From the NCBI GenBank assembly GCA_034676805.1, contig JAXDDO010000006.1, positions 9,305 through 73,304 on the forward strand: DNA of 64,000 bases. The letters are read 5' to 3'. The translations under genes and the position numbers were made by a program. This DNA is from Anaerolineae bacterium (lineage in GTDB: Bacteria; Chloroflexota; Anaerolineae; B4-G1; SLSP01). Positions 18,106-28,262 of the stretch are shown one piece after another. Each line of letters begins with the position of its first letter. The stretch's first letter is position 1. Below the pieces are notes generated by a model, which was not told where the DNA came from, did no database searches, and was given only the letters and a program-made list of their open reading frames with translations.

Positions 18106-19182
18106 ATGCCAACAAACCTGCTCGACATCAAGACCCTTACCGAGCTCCAGCCCGCTACGGCGCTGTGGCAGCGCTACGCCCCAGAGCGCGCACCGTATCG
18201 CTTCCAGGCAGCGAACGCGGATGCAGGGCGCGCGTGGCAGGAGAAGACCCGCCCGGCCTTACGCGACGTCCTTGGCTTCACCGATCTTCCCGGCGCGCCA
18301 CTCGCGCCGAAATGCATCGAGCGCGTGGACAAGGGCACCTACACGCGCGAGAAGTGGGTGCTGCGCACGTCGGCCCATACCCTGATGCCGGTCTACATAC
18401 TGATTCCCAACACAGGACCTGTCCCGCACCCGGTCGCGCTCGCGTTTCACGGGCACGGCTACGGCGTCAAGGACATCGTAGGCCTGTGGGAAGACGGCGA
18501 GGAGCGCGATACGCCTGAGGGCTACCACCAGCACTTCGGCGTGGCCCTGTGCCAGCGTGGGTTCCTCGTTGCTGCGCCGGAGATCTCGTGCTTCGGCGAA
18601 CGCCAGACCGACTTCTCCTACCTCAACACGACGATTGGGCAGGGCACGCCCACCACGTGCACCCATACCGCGATGCTCGCCTTCCACCTGGGCGGCTCGG
18701 TCGCGGGGTTGCGCGTCCACGACGCCCTGCGCCTGGTCGACTACCTCGAGACCCGGCCCGACGCCGACACCCAGCGGATGGGCGCGATGGGGATCTCCGG
18801 CGGCGGCATGCACACCTTCTTCTCGACGTGCATCGACGCCCGCATCAAAGCCTGCGTGATCAGCGGTTACTACAGCACCTTCCGCGACAGCATCCTGGCG
18901 ATGTCGCACTGCGCCTGCAACTTCGTCCCGGGGCTGTGGCAGTTTGGGGAGATGTACGACCTGGTCGGGCTTATCGCGCCGCGCCCGCTCCTCGTCGAAG
19001 CTGGCTCCTACGACCCCATCTTCCCGCTCGAATCCGTGCAGCGCAGCGTGGCCCGAGCCCGCGAGATCTACGGGCTCTTCGGCGCTGCGGACCAGGTCGA
19101 GACCGATTACTTCGAGGGCCGTCACCGCATCAGCGGCGCACGCGCTTATGACTTCCTGTGGGAGAAGTGTGCACAGCGCTGA
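18106..19182 (+). CDS. Alpha/beta hydrolase (acetyl-xylan-esterase / dienelactone-hydrolase-like)
   Basis: GAAGGAG RBS before ATG 18106. Nucleophile elbow GISGGG, and the overall alpha/beta-hydrolase spacing of Ser...Asp...His. The track start at 17857 overlaps the LarA 3' end. Confidence 0.6.
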   Translation: MPTNLLDIKTLTELQPATALWQRYAPERAPYRFQAANADAGRAWQEKTRPALRDVLGFTDLPGAPLAPKCIERVDKGTYTREKWVLRTSAHTLMPVYILIPNTGPVPHPVALAFHGHGYGVKDIVGLWEDGEERDTPEGYHQHFGVALCQRGFLVAAPEISCFGERQTDFSYLNTTIGQGTPTTCTHTAMLAFHLGGSVAGLRVHDALRLVDYLETRPDADTQRMGAMGISGGGMHTFFSTCIDARIKACVISGYYSTFRDSILAMSHCACNFVPGLWQFGEMYDLVGLIAPRPLLVEAGSYDPIFPLESVQRSVARAREIYGLFGAADQVETDYFEGRHRISGARAYDFLWEKCAQR

Positions 19183-19282
19183 AGCAAGAGCGCCTAAGCG
19201 TGAACACGATCATGCCACCCGGCGACCACGAGCCCATGACCCATCTGGCTTACCCTATCTCATCGGAGGAAACAGAACGACT

Positions 19283-20551
19283 ATGACCCAGATCAGCGAG
19301 CAGTATGTCAACCAGCACTCCCGTCCGTCGGATCTCAGAATCACCGATATGCGCGTCGTTCACCTGAAGGGCATCCCCATGCGGGTGCCGCTCATCCGCA
19401 TCGACACGAACCAGGGTCTCTCCGGCTACGGCGAGGTCCGCGATGGCGCCAGCAGCACCTTCGCGTTGATGCTCAAGAGCCGTATCCTGGGGGAGAATCC
19501 CTGTAACGTCGACAAGGTTTTCCGCAAGATCAAGCAGTTTGGCCATCACGCGCGCCAGGCCGGCGGCGTGTGCGCCATTGAGATGGCGCTGATGGACCTG
19601 GCAGGACGAGCCTACGGCGTCCCGGCCTACATGCTGGCAGGTGGGAAGTTCCGCGACAAGGTGCTCATCTACAGCGACACGCACTCCGAGCCAGACGGCA
19701 AGACCATGGGCAAGCGCCTCAAGGCCCGGATGGAGCAGGGCTTCAAGTTCCTCAAGATGGACGTCGGGATCGGCTTGCTGCGCAACGTGCCCGACGCGCT
19801 GATCGGCTTCCCCGACACCCTGCGCAGCTACACGATCATGCACCCCTTCACGGGCATCCAGATCACCGAGAAGGGTATCGACCATCTGTGCCGCTACGTG
19901 GATGATGTCCGCAGCGTGGTTGGCTACGAGGTGCCCCTCGCCGTGGATCATTTCGGTCACATCGGGCTGGAATCGTGCATCCGCCTGGGACTGGCGCTCG
20001 ACCAGTTCACGTTGGCCTGGTACGAGGATATGCTCCCGTGGCAGTTCGCCGACCAATACGTGACGCTGTCGCGCGCGGTGAAGACCCCGATCTGCACCGG
20101 CGAGGATATCTACCTCAAAGAGAACTTCATGCCGTTGTTCGAAAAGCGCGCTGTCTCTATCATCCACCCCGACCTGGCAAGCTCCGGCGGCATCCTGGAG
20201 ACCAAGCGCATCGGTGATGCGGCCCAGGAGTACGGCATCGCGATGGCCATGCACATGGCAGGCTCTCCCATCGCTGCCCTGGCAAGCGTCCACTGCGCCG
20301 CCGCCACCGAGAACTTCCTGGTCCTGGAGAATCACTCGGTAGACGAGGCCAAGTGGAACGACCTGGTGACAGGTCTGCCGAACCCCCTGATTCAGGACGG
20401 CTACATCCAGGTGCCGGAGACCCCGGGCCTGGGCTTCGCCGAACTGAACGAGGAGATGATCCGCGAACACATCGACCCGGACCATCCCGGCTACTTCGAG
20501 CCCACAGACGAGTGGGATCAAGAGCGCTCGCACGACCGGCTGTGGAGCTGA
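19283..20551 (+). CDS. Enolase-superfamily sugar-acid dehydratase, ManD/RspA-like (mandelate racemase/muconate lactonizing enzyme family)
   Basis: Metal and acid-base motifs AVDHFGH, WYEDMLP and CTGEDIY, plus HPDLASSGGI. Length and the central insertion resemble the D-mannonate dehydratase subgroup. The track start at 18944 is an upstream extension. Confidence 0.8.
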   Translation: MTQISEQYVNQHSRPSDLRITDMRVVHLKGIPMRVPLIRIDTNQGLSGYGEVRDGASSTFALMLKSRILGENPCNVDKVFRKIKQFGHHARQAGGVCAIEMALMDLAGRAYGVPAYMLAGGKFRDKVLIYSDTHSEPDGKTMGKRLKARMEQGFKFLKMDVGIGLLRNVPDALIGFPDTLRSYTIMHPFTGIQITEKGIDHLCRYVDDVRSVVGYEVPLAVDHFGHIGLESCIRLGLALDQFTLAWYEDMLPWQFADQYVTLSRAVKTPICTGEDIYLKENFMPLFEKRAVSIIHPDLASSGGILETKRIGDAAQEYGIAMAMHMAGSPIAALASVHCAAATENFLVLENHSVDEAKWNDLVTGLPNPLIQDGYIQVPETPGLGFAELNEEMIREHIDPDHPGYFEPTDEWDQERSHDRLWS

Positions 20552-20692
20552 GCGACCCGGGTGATCGGCATCCGAGAGCCAGACTCAGAATCGGCAGCGA
20601 GACCGGTGAAGGTGGCCTTGCATCTCCCCTCGGCTCGCTGTCGGACACCATCCATATCGAATCGCCTATCGCGATAGCAGGAGGTATGCACA

Positions 20693-21808
20693 ATGAGAAA
20701 TCCCGAAACCATCATCAACTTGACGCCTGAGATGTTCAATGCCCGAGAAGCAGTGCTCGTCGAGCGTGCCACGGACTCGGGCGCGCTCGTCGCCCGGACG
20801 TTCCGCTTCGACAGCGGCGTCTGCGGCCTGCGCCTGACAAGCGACAACGGCGAGTTGGTCCTGCTTCCCTTCCAGGGGCAGCAGGTCTGGTCGGTCGCGT
20901 TCAACGGGCGGAACCTAACGATGAAGTCGATGTTCGATCAACCCTATCCCACCCGTGTCTTCCTCGACACCTTCGGGGGATTCATGCAGCACTGCGGGAT
21001 CACGGGCGTCGGCTCGCCGGGTCCGGGGGACACCCACCCGCTTCACGGTGAGTTGCCCAATGCGCCCTACGGCAAGGCCTATGTCGTGTTGGGAGAGGAT
21101 GCGCAAGGCAGCTACATTGGCCTCGGCGGCAAGTACCGCCACACCGTAGCCTTCGCCCACAACTACCTGGCACACCCCATGGCAAAGCTCTACGCCGGCG
21201 CGACGACCTTTGCCGTCTCGATGAACATCACCAACCTCAAGCAATCGCCCCAGGACCTGCTCTATCTGGCCCACGTCAACTTCAGGCCCGCCGACAATGG
21301 GCGCCTGGTCTACAGCGCCATCCCCACACCCGAGCACGTGCGCGTGCGCGCGAGCATCCCCTCGCACATCACACCAGGGCCGGGGTACGTCGAGTTCATC
21401 CAGGCACTGGGCCGCACGCCCGAGATGCACCACGTGCTCAAGCCCGATCTCGCTTTCGATCCGGAGGGGGTCTTCTTCATCGACTACCTACCGGACGCCG
21501 ACGGGTGGGCGCACTCGCTGCAGCTCCATCCTGACGGTGCCGCCGACTACATCGGCCACCGCCCGGAGCAGCTCCCCAAGGGCACGCGCTGGATCTCGCG
21601 CACGGCGGATCAGGACGCCATCGCCCTCGTCGAGGCCGGAACGTGCGAGCCGGAAGGATACCTCGCCGAGAAGGCAAAGGGCAACGTCAAGGCTATCGCG
21701 CCGGGTGACACCTTCCGCGCAGACTTTCGCATTGGGGCGCTGGCCCCGGCCGAAGCGGAAGCGGTGGCGCAGAAGATCGAGCAGGTCATCGCATCTGCGA
21801 AGGGCTGA
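20693..21808 (+). CDS. Aldose-1-epimerase-like (galactose-mutarotase fold, DUF4432-type) protein
   Basis: AGGAGG RBS. All-beta composition with the motif HPLHGELPNAPY, reminiscent of the mutarotase superfamily. The assignment is tentative. Confidence 0.4.
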   Translation: MRNPETIINLTPEMFNAREAVLVERATDSGALVARTFRFDSGVCGLRLTSDNGELVLLPFQGQQVWSVAFNGRNLTMKSMFDQPYPTRVFLDTFGGFMQHCGITGVGSPGPGDTHPLHGELPNAPYGKAYVVLGEDAQGSYIGLGGKYRHTVAFAHNYLAHPMAKLYAGATTFAVSMNITNLKQSPQDLLYLAHVNFRPADNGRLVYSAIPTPEHVRVRASIPSHITPGPGYVEFIQALGRTPEMHHVLKPDLAFDPEGVFFIDYLPDADGWAHSLQLHPDGAADYIGHRPEQLPKGTRWISRTADQDAIALVEAGTCEPEGYLAEKAKGNVKAIAPGDTFRADFRIGALAPAEAEAVAQKIEQVIASAKG

Positions 21809-21816
21809 GAGCGATC

Positions 21817-22911
21817 ATGCGCATCGACTTCCACGGCCGGCCGGTCGATGAGCCCCGCATTCGCGCGGGGTTCATCGGGTGCGGCTCACACTCGTTCCGC
21901 AACATCTACCCCACGTTTCAGTTCGCGCCGGTGGACCTCGTCGCTGTCTGCGACCTCGTCCCGGCGAAAGCGCGGACGTTCGCCGCCCAATTCGGCGCCC
22001 AGCGCGCCTATACCGACTACCATGAGATGCTCACCCGCGAGAACCTGGATGCGGTCTTCATCGTGACCGGCTACGACCCGCAGGGCCGTCCACTCTACCC
22101 TGCGCTCGCGGCCGATTGCCTGGCTGCCGGCTGCCACGTCTGGACCGAGAAGCCGCCTGCCGCAACCACGGCGGAGATCGAGCGCCTGCAGGCCGCGTCA
22201 CGCGCCGCCGGAAAGCACATGATGGTCGGCCTCAAGAAGATGTTCTTCCCGGCGAACGAGAAGGCCAAGGCCCTGATCTCGGATGACGACTTCGGGGCCC
22301 TCTCTCTCGCGACACTGGACTACCCGCAATACGTGCCCGCGGTGGACGAGTTCCAGGCCTACCTGGACCAAGGGCAGCGCACGTCCGCCGTCGGGTTCCT
22401 GGACCACCTCTGCCACCCTGCCTCACTGCTCCTCTACCTGCTGGGCATGCCCGCGTCGCTCAGCTACGAGCGCAGCGCCTATGGCGCGGGGCTGGCGACC
22501 TTCCGTTACGCATCCGGCGCCGTCGCGGCGATGACGTTCAGCCACGGCGCGCCCGGCAACCGTGGGATGGAGCGCACTGTGTTGATCTCGGACCGCGGAC
22601 GGCGCGTTGTCGTCGAGAACAACATCCGCGTGTTCTACGACCGGATGGTGGGGCTGGGCTACGGCAACGAGCCCAACTACTACCAGGGTGCGCCGGAGCA
22701 GGTCTCTGCCGTCTGGGAGCCGGAGTTCTCGCTCGGGCAGCTCTACAACAAGGGCCTCTTCCTGCTGGGCTACTATGGGGAAGTCAACGAGTTCGCCCGC
22801 GCCCTGCTGGAAGATCGCCCGCCGGTCAAGGGCACCCTGGAGCACGCCTGGCAGGTGACCCGCCTCTTCGAGGCGTTCGCCGAGGGTCCAGGCAAGACCC
22901 TCGAGTTCTGA
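21817..22911 (+). CDS. Gfo/Idh/MocA family NAD(P)-dependent oxidoreductase
   Basis: N-terminal Rossmann motif RAGFIGCGSHSF and the family EKP motif (VWTEKPPA). Confidence 0.85.
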   Translation: MRIDFHGRPVDEPRIRAGFIGCGSHSFRNIYPTFQFAPVDLVAVCDLVPAKARTFAAQFGAQRAYTDYHEMLTRENLDAVFIVTGYDPQGRPLYPALAADCLAAGCHVWTEKPPAATTAEIERLQAASRAAGKHMMVGLKKMFFPANEKAKALISDDDFGALSLATLDYPQYVPAVDEFQAYLDQGQRTSAVGFLDHLCHPASLLLYLLGMPASLSYERSAYGAGLATFRYASGAVAAMTFSHGAPGNRGMERTVLISDRGRRVVVENNIRVFYDRMVGLGYGNEPNYYQGAPEQVSAVWEPEFSLGQLYNKGLFLLGYYGEVNEFARALLEDRPPVKGTLEHAWQVTRLFEAFAEGPGKTLEF

Positions 22912-22943
22912 CCGGGCCTTTAGCCGGTATCAAGACAGACCGT

Positions 22944-22975
22944 GAGACGCCGGGCTCTGCGAGTCCCGGCGTCTC
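22944..22975 (+). terminator. Possible terminator hairpin after the Gfo/Idh/MocA gene
   Basis: 11-bp stem (GAGACGCCGGG pairing with CCCGGCGTCTC) with a 10-nt loop. Only a weak T-containing tail follows (GCTGTGTGGTG). Confidence 0.4.
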
Positions 22976-23126
22976 GCTGTGTGGTGTCGTGGTCTCAACA
23001 GGTTGTCCCGTGCTGGGGTCACAGTACAATCGGGGGGATGGCAGAGGCGACTGATGGGGGCGCGGCGGCAGGGGCCGAGGCAGGGCCCGCTGCCCGGCGC
23101 CCCATACGGTGTCAAGGAGCTCTACA

Positions 23127-25466
23127 GTGAAACAGGGCAACGATTTTCTAGTCGACCTGCTCGACTTCGATCGACCGGAGGCGCGAGAGGACGTCCTCTG
23201 GCGCGCCTACCGGCCGACGGCGGCAGAGGTGGTCGACGGAGACGTGATCATCACTGTCCCATTCCAGGCACAGACGGGTGGTCTGCGTCCGGTGGCCGAT
23301 GACAGCCGCGCTCAGAAGAAACACTTCCTCCGGGTGCGCGCCTATGATGATGTTGATGGCCCGGTGGCTCTACGGCTGTCCATCACGTTCGCCGGCGAGG
23401 CTGAGAGCCGTCTGATCGGAGAGGACGGCCCTATGCTGGCGCTCGATCCCAGTCTGATCGTTCAGCCGCTGTCGCTCAGGTCAACGGGATCAAGATGGGA
23501 GGTTCTCGACCCATCGGGCGTCCTGCGCCTCAGCGTGACGATGGCCGATCCACCGGTGCGTCCCTGGGGCGGCACCTCGCTCCCCGAGCCACAAGAAACA
23601 CTCGAGATCACGCTCTTTCCCGACGGCAAGACGCCCGTGCGGCTGGCAGCCCACGACCACTTCTTCCCGCCCAAGGTGGAAGCGCTGCCCATGGCTTACG
23701 TTACGCGCGCAGACCAACCGCACCGCGCCCTGTTCGGGTTCCACGCCGAGTCCACCGAGCGATTCGCCGGCACCGGGGAGCGCTTCGCCAAGCTCGACCT
23801 GTCCGGACGCACGCTGGTCCTCGAGAACACCGATGCGCTCGGCGTCAACAACCGGCGCGCCTACAAGAACGTGCCGTTCTACCTCTCCAGCCGGCCCTAT
23901 GGGCTCTTTATGCATACGCCGTCGCACATCCGGCTCTCGCTTGCCGACATCTCCACGCGCGCCGCGCAGGGCCTCGTCGAGGAGCCGGCCCTCGATCTCT
24001 TCATGATCGGCGGCGGCTCGGTGGAGCGCGTGCTCTACAACTACCGCCGCCTTACGGGGTTCCCGCCGGAGATGCCGCTGTGGAGCTATGGTACTTGGAT
24101 GAGCCGGATGACTTATTTCAGTGCCGACGAGGTGCGCTCCGTCGCACGCCAGCTGCGCGACGGAGATTTCCCGTGCGACGTCCTGCACCTTGACACAGGC
24201 TGGTTTGCCAAGGACTGGGTTTGCGAGTGGGAGTTCAGCCAGGAGCGCTTCCCTGACCCCGCGGGCTTCATGGCCGCGATGCGCAAACAGGGCTTTCGCA
24301 TCACGCTCTGGCAGACGCCCAACATTGGGCCAGGAAACAAGCTACTGGCGGAGGCCAAGGCCAACCGCTATCTGGCGCCGCTCAAGGCTGCGTCGTCCGC
24401 CGGCGGATCCCTCCCGGAGGGGGTTCCTACTGATGGTGCGGCGTCAGAGTCCGATTTCTCCGCGCAGGGGGTCGCCGGACAGATCGACTTCTCGAACCCG
24501 GAAGCTGTGACATGGTACCAGGGTCTGGTGGCACGCCTGCTGAAGCTGGGCGCTTCGGCCATCAAGACTGACTTCGGTGAGGATGTCGACCCCAATGGCG
24601 ATTTCGCCGGGCTGCCCGCCGAGAAGCTGCACAACCTCTACGGCCTGCTCTACCAGCGCGCGGCGTTCGAGATCACGCAGCAGGTCACCGGCGAGGGCAT
24701 CATCTGGGCGCGGACGAGTTGGGCCGGCTGCCAGCGCTACCCGGTCCACTGGGGAGGCGATGCCGCCTGCTCCTGGGATGGTATGGCCGGTTCGCTGCGC
24801 GGCGGGCTGCATCTGGGGCTGTCGGGCTTCGCATTCTGGAGCCACGACGTGCCCGGCTTCCATGGGCTGCCGAACTTCATGGCCAGTTGGCCGTCCGACG
24901 AGCTATACGTGCGTTGGACGCAGTTCGGCGTCTTTACATCTCACCTGCGCTATCACGGCTCGACGCCTCGCGAGCCCTACGCGTACCCGGCGGTGGCCGA
25001 CACAGTGCGCAAGTGGCTCAAGCTGCGCTATGCGCTGATCCCGTACATCGTCGACCAAGCGCGCCGCTCCGTACGAACCGGTCTGCCCCTCCTTCGCGCG
25101 CTCGTCTTGCACCACGAGGACGATCCTACCTGCTGGCATATCGACGACGCCTACTACTTCGGCGACGACTTCCTGGTTGCACCGGTGATGAACGCCAGGA
25201 GCGTGCGGGATGTCTATCTGCCCGCCGGCACGTGGGTGGATGTATGGACCGGGGGGCATCACCAGGGGCCGCAGTGGCTCACCCGCGTCGCCGTGCCCCT
25301 CGAACACATGCCTCTGTACGTGAGGCTTGGCGCGCGGGTGCCCGTCTACCCCCATCCCGTCGCCTCCACGCAGGAGATGGATTTGGGCAAGGCCGTGACA
25401 CTGGCATTCGACGACGCCTACGACGGCCTTTCGACATCGATTCTAGGCAAAGTGACCGGGCTCTGA
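23127..25466 (+). CDS. Glycoside hydrolase family 31 (YicI-like alpha-xylosidase/alpha-glucosidase)
   Basis: AAGGAG RBS 7 nt before GTG 23127. Nucleophile region IKTDFGE and acid/base region VHWGGDAAC as in YicI-type GH31. No signal peptide. Confidence 0.85.
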   Translation: MKQGNDFLVDLLDFDRPEAREDVLWRAYRPTAAEVVDGDVIITVPFQAQTGGLRPVADDSRAQKKHFLRVRAYDDVDGPVALRLSITFAGEAESRLIGEDGPMLALDPSLIVQPLSLRSTGSRWEVLDPSGVLRLSVTMADPPVRPWGGTSLPEPQETLEITLFPDGKTPVRLAAHDHFFPPKVEALPMAYVTRADQPHRALFGFHAESTERFAGTGERFAKLDLSGRTLVLENTDALGVNNRRAYKNVPFYLSSRPYGLFMHTPSHIRLSLADISTRAAQGLVEEPALDLFMIGGGSVERVLYNYRRLTGFPPEMPLWSYGTWMSRMTYFSADEVRSVARQLRDGDFPCDVLHLDTGWFAKDWVCEWEFSQERFPDPAGFMAAMRKQGFRITLWQTPNIGPGNKLLAEAKANRYLAPLKAASSAGGSLPEGVPTDGAASESDFSAQGVAGQIDFSNPEAVTWYQGLVARLLKLGASAIKTDFGEDVDPNGDFAGLPAEKLHNLYGLLYQRAAFEITQQVTGEGIIWARTSWAGCQRYPVHWGGDAACSWDGMAGSLRGGLHLGLSGFAFWSHDVPGFHGLPNFMASWPSDELYVRWTQFGVFTSHLRYHGSTPREPYAYPAVADTVRKWLKLRYALIPYIVDQARRSVRTGLPLLRALVLHHEDDPTCWHIDDAYYFGDDFLVAPVMNARSVRDVYLPAGTWVDVWTGGHHQGPQWLTRVAVPLEHMPLYVRLGARVPVYPHPVASTQEMDLGKAVTLAFDDAYDGLSTSILGKVTGL

Positions 25467-25581
25467 GCCCAGGCTCTAGGCAAGGCCTCCAGAACCTCAG
25501 CCATAGCAGAGCTTGCTGCCTGCTGACACCTGAAGGCGGCGACTGATCGCCATTCTAGTAGAAGGGATTGCCATATCGGAC

Positions 25582-27693
25582 ATGGACATCGCACTCGGCA
25601 TCGACACAGGCGGCACGTATACCGACGCCGTCCTCGTAGACCAAGACACAGGGAGCGTGCTGGCGCGCACCAAGGCACTGACGACCCACCGGAACCTGGC
25701 CACCGGCATCGCCGAAGCCATCGCGAACGTCTTCGGGCCCGAAGCCCGGCTCGACGGGCACAGCGCGAAGGAGATTGCGCCCGAGGCGGTGGGGCTCGTG
25801 GGCCTGTCGACGACACTGGCGACCAATGCCATCGTCGAGGGTCAAGGCGGCTCCGTCTGCCTGCTGCTCATCGGATACGACCCGGACTTCATCCGTCAGC
25901 GCGAGTTCGAGGAAGAGCTCGTGACCGACGACGTGGTCTACATTCAGGGTGGGCACACCATCGACGGCGAGGAGCGCATACCCCTGGACGAAACCGCCGC
26001 ACGCGATGCAATCCTCGCGCGACGGGACCGGGTCGCAGCGTTCGCCGTCTCGGGTTATTTCGGCGTGCGCAACCCCGATCACGAGTTGCGCGTCAAGGCC
26101 CTCATCGAGGAGCTCACCGCCGGCGAACGTGGGATGCCACTCCCGGTCACCTGCGGCCACGAGCTCACGACCAAGCTGAACGCCATACGTCGCGCCACGA
26201 CCGTGGCGTTGAACGCACGCCTCATCCCCACCCTGCGCGACCTGATCCTCACGGTGCGCGCAAGCCTGGATTCGAAGGGGGTCTCCGCCCCACTGATGAT
26301 CGTCAAAGGCGATGGCTCGCTCGTGCGGTCGGAATGGGCCATCCAGCGGCCCATCGAGACGATCCTGTCGGGGCCGGCTGCCAGCGTCGTGGGCGCCTGG
26401 CACGTCGCCGGGCGCAAAGACGTCTGGGTCGTCGACGTCGGCGGCACTACCACGGACATCGCCGCATTGCGCGATGGCCATCCCCGCCTGAACCCACAGG
26501 GAGCGCAGGTGGGACGCTGGCGCACGATGGTCGAGGCCGCGGACGTGCACACGGTGGGGCTGGGCGGAGACAGCCACGTCACCTTCAGCACCAACGGCGC
26601 GCGACATCCTGGGCACACGGCTCCCCGCCCTATCGCCCTGGGGCCTCAGCGCGTTCTGCCTCTCTGCCGACTGGCGTCCGAACATCCCGAGATCCTCGAT
26701 GAACTGCGGCGCCAGCAGACCATCAAGAAGCGGGCGCTGCTGCCGAGCGTCGCGCAGTTCCTGGTCGCGCGGCGCTCACCAGGCCCCGGATTGGCTGAGG
26801 CGGACCGTGCGCTCGTCGCACACGTTCAGACGGGCGCGGTCTCGCTCATCTCGTTGGCACAGGAGCACGCTCACTTCACGTTCCTGATGGAGCGCATCGA
26901 CCGGTTGGTGGCACAGCAGCTTGTCCTGCGGGCCGGGTTCACGCCCACCGATGCGCTTCACGTCCTCGGGCGCTTCGTCGCGTGGGACGTCGAGGCCGCA
27001 CGGCTGGCGGCGGAGCTCCTGGCACGCCAGCTTGATCTCTCCGTCGAGGCTTTCTGTACGCTGGTGGCTGGCGAAGTCTCAAATCGTGTGGCCACCGAGC
27101 TCGTTACCAAAGTCCTCAGCGACGAGGTGGCGCCTGCGAATTGGTCGACCGAGCCGCTGGCTGCAGGCCTGTTAGCGCGCGCGCTGGACCTGGTCGCGGA
27201 TACCGACCTGGCGTGCCACATGACGCTACGGCAGCCTATCGTGGCTGTTGGTGCGCCGGTGGGCGCATATATGCCGGGCGCCGCCGAGCAGCTCCACACC
27301 GAACTGCTGCTGCCCGAACACGCCAGCGTCGCCAACGCCGTGGGCGCGGTGGTGGGCAGCGTGGTTCAGCGGGCTACCGTGCTGATCCGGCCTATCGAGT
27401 TCGGCGAAGTCTACCGCGTCCACCTCCCCGGGAACCTGGGGCTGACCGAAACAATCCACGACGCCGACACGCTCGACGCCTGCGTGGCCTATACAGAGTC
27501 TGTCGTTCCGGAACAGCTACAGCGCCTGGCCGAGGAGGCCGGTGCCCGCCAGGTCGAGATTCAGGTCGCGCGGGTCGACCACACAGGCCCAATCCGTGAG
27601 AAGCGGGACGAATCGGTCTTCCTGGAATCCGTCTTGACCTTCACCGCAGTGGGTCGGCCCGCGAGCGTGAGGTTGGCTTCGGAACTGCTATGA
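25582..27693 (+). CDS. Hydantoinase/oxoprolinase (HyuA-type, ASKHA ATPase) family protein; no HyuB partner
   Basis: N-terminal IALGIDTGGTYTDAVLVD phosphate-1 motif and a second ASKHA motif VVDVGGTTTDIA. About 300 aa of additional C-terminal sequence. Confidence 0.8.
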   Translation: MDIALGIDTGGTYTDAVLVDQDTGSVLARTKALTTHRNLATGIAEAIANVFGPEARLDGHSAKEIAPEAVGLVGLSTTLATNAIVEGQGGSVCLLLIGYDPDFIRQREFEEELVTDDVVYIQGGHTIDGEERIPLDETAARDAILARRDRVAAFAVSGYFGVRNPDHELRVKALIEELTAGERGMPLPVTCGHELTTKLNAIRRATTVALNARLIPTLRDLILTVRASLDSKGVSAPLMIVKGDGSLVRSEWAIQRPIETILSGPAASVVGAWHVAGRKDVWVVDVGGTTTDIAALRDGHPRLNPQGAQVGRWRTMVEAADVHTVGLGGDSHVTFSTNGARHPGHTAPRPIALGPQRVLPLCRLASEHPEILDELRRQQTIKKRALLPSVAQFLVARRSPGPGLAEADRALVAHVQTGAVSLISLAQEHAHFTFLMERIDRLVAQQLVLRAGFTPTDALHVLGRFVAWDVEAARLAAELLARQLDLSVEAFCTLVAGEVSNRVATELVTKVLSDEVAPANWSTEPLAAGLLARALDLVADTDLACHMTLRQPIVAVGAPVGAYMPGAAEQLHTELLLPEHASVANAVGAVVGSVVQRATVLIRPIEFGEVYRVHLPGNLGLTETIHDADTLDACVAYTESVVPEQLQRLAEEAGARQVEIQVARVDHTGPIREKRDESVFLESVLTFTAVGRPASVRLASELL

Positions 27694-28244
27694 CCATGGA
27701 CGATTCGATCATTCTGCGCCGTTTGCAGCCTGACGATGCCGAGGCGCTCTGCGCGTTCTACAACGGCCTGAGTCCCACGTCCAAACGCACGTTCCGCCCA
27801 ATCGATGAGACGACGACGACGGCCGTCTGCGCAGCGATCGCCGCCGAGAACGGACCGCCCACCCCGACCAAGTTAGACCTCGTGGCGATCCTGGGCGGTG
27901 GCGAGGATGCTGAGGGAGCCGCTGGCGACACAATCGTCGGCTGGAGTTTCCTCTGGGCGCTCGACGCGACCGATCCCGAGCAGGGACCGGTCTTCGGCCT
28001 GGCAGTCAGCGACGCCTATCACGGTCGGGGCCTTGGCACACGCCTTATGTCGCAGGTGATGGCGTGGGCTCGTGCCCAGGGCCTGCCGCAGGTCGTCCTC
28101 ACCGTGGTGACCGACAACGCGGTCGCTCAACACCTCTACGAGAAGCAGGGCTTCGTACGTTACGGCACCTTCACCGGTGAGGACGGCCTGCCCTACTACC
28201 GGATGCGCGCACACCTTGAGGGAGCCACAGCCCCGTCGCGCTAG
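27690..28244 (+). CDS. GNAT family N-acetyltransferase
   Basis: ATGA overlap with the hydantoinase-like gene. Acetyl-CoA motif YHGRGLGTRLM. C-terminal NAVAQHLYEKQGF. Confidence 0.8.
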   Translation: MTMDDSIILRRLQPDDAEALCAFYNGLSPTSKRTFRPIDETTTTAVCAAIAAENGPPTPTKLDLVAILGGGEDAEGAAGDTIVGWSFLWALDATDPEQGPVFGLAVSDAYHGRGLGTRLMSQVMAWARAQGLPQVVLTVVTDNAVAQHLYEKQGFVRYGTFTGEDGLPYYRMRAHLEGATAPSR

Positions 28245-28262
28245 CTGCATGAAAGGAATGCC

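Noticed and set aside
19250-20533. 427-aa ORF on the minus strand, antisense to the ManD-like enolase gene
   Set aside because: It is an exact shadow of a well-supported + strand CDS. The translation is rich in Arg/Gly/Val/His with no recognisable motif and no RBS. This is typical of stop-poor antisense frames in 65% GC DNA.
25555-26685. 376-aa minus-strand ORF antisense to the hydantoinase-like gene
   Set aside because: It is a shadow ORF with an Arg/Gly/Asp/Val-rich translation and no motifs. The + strand frame carries clear ASKHA ATPase motifs.
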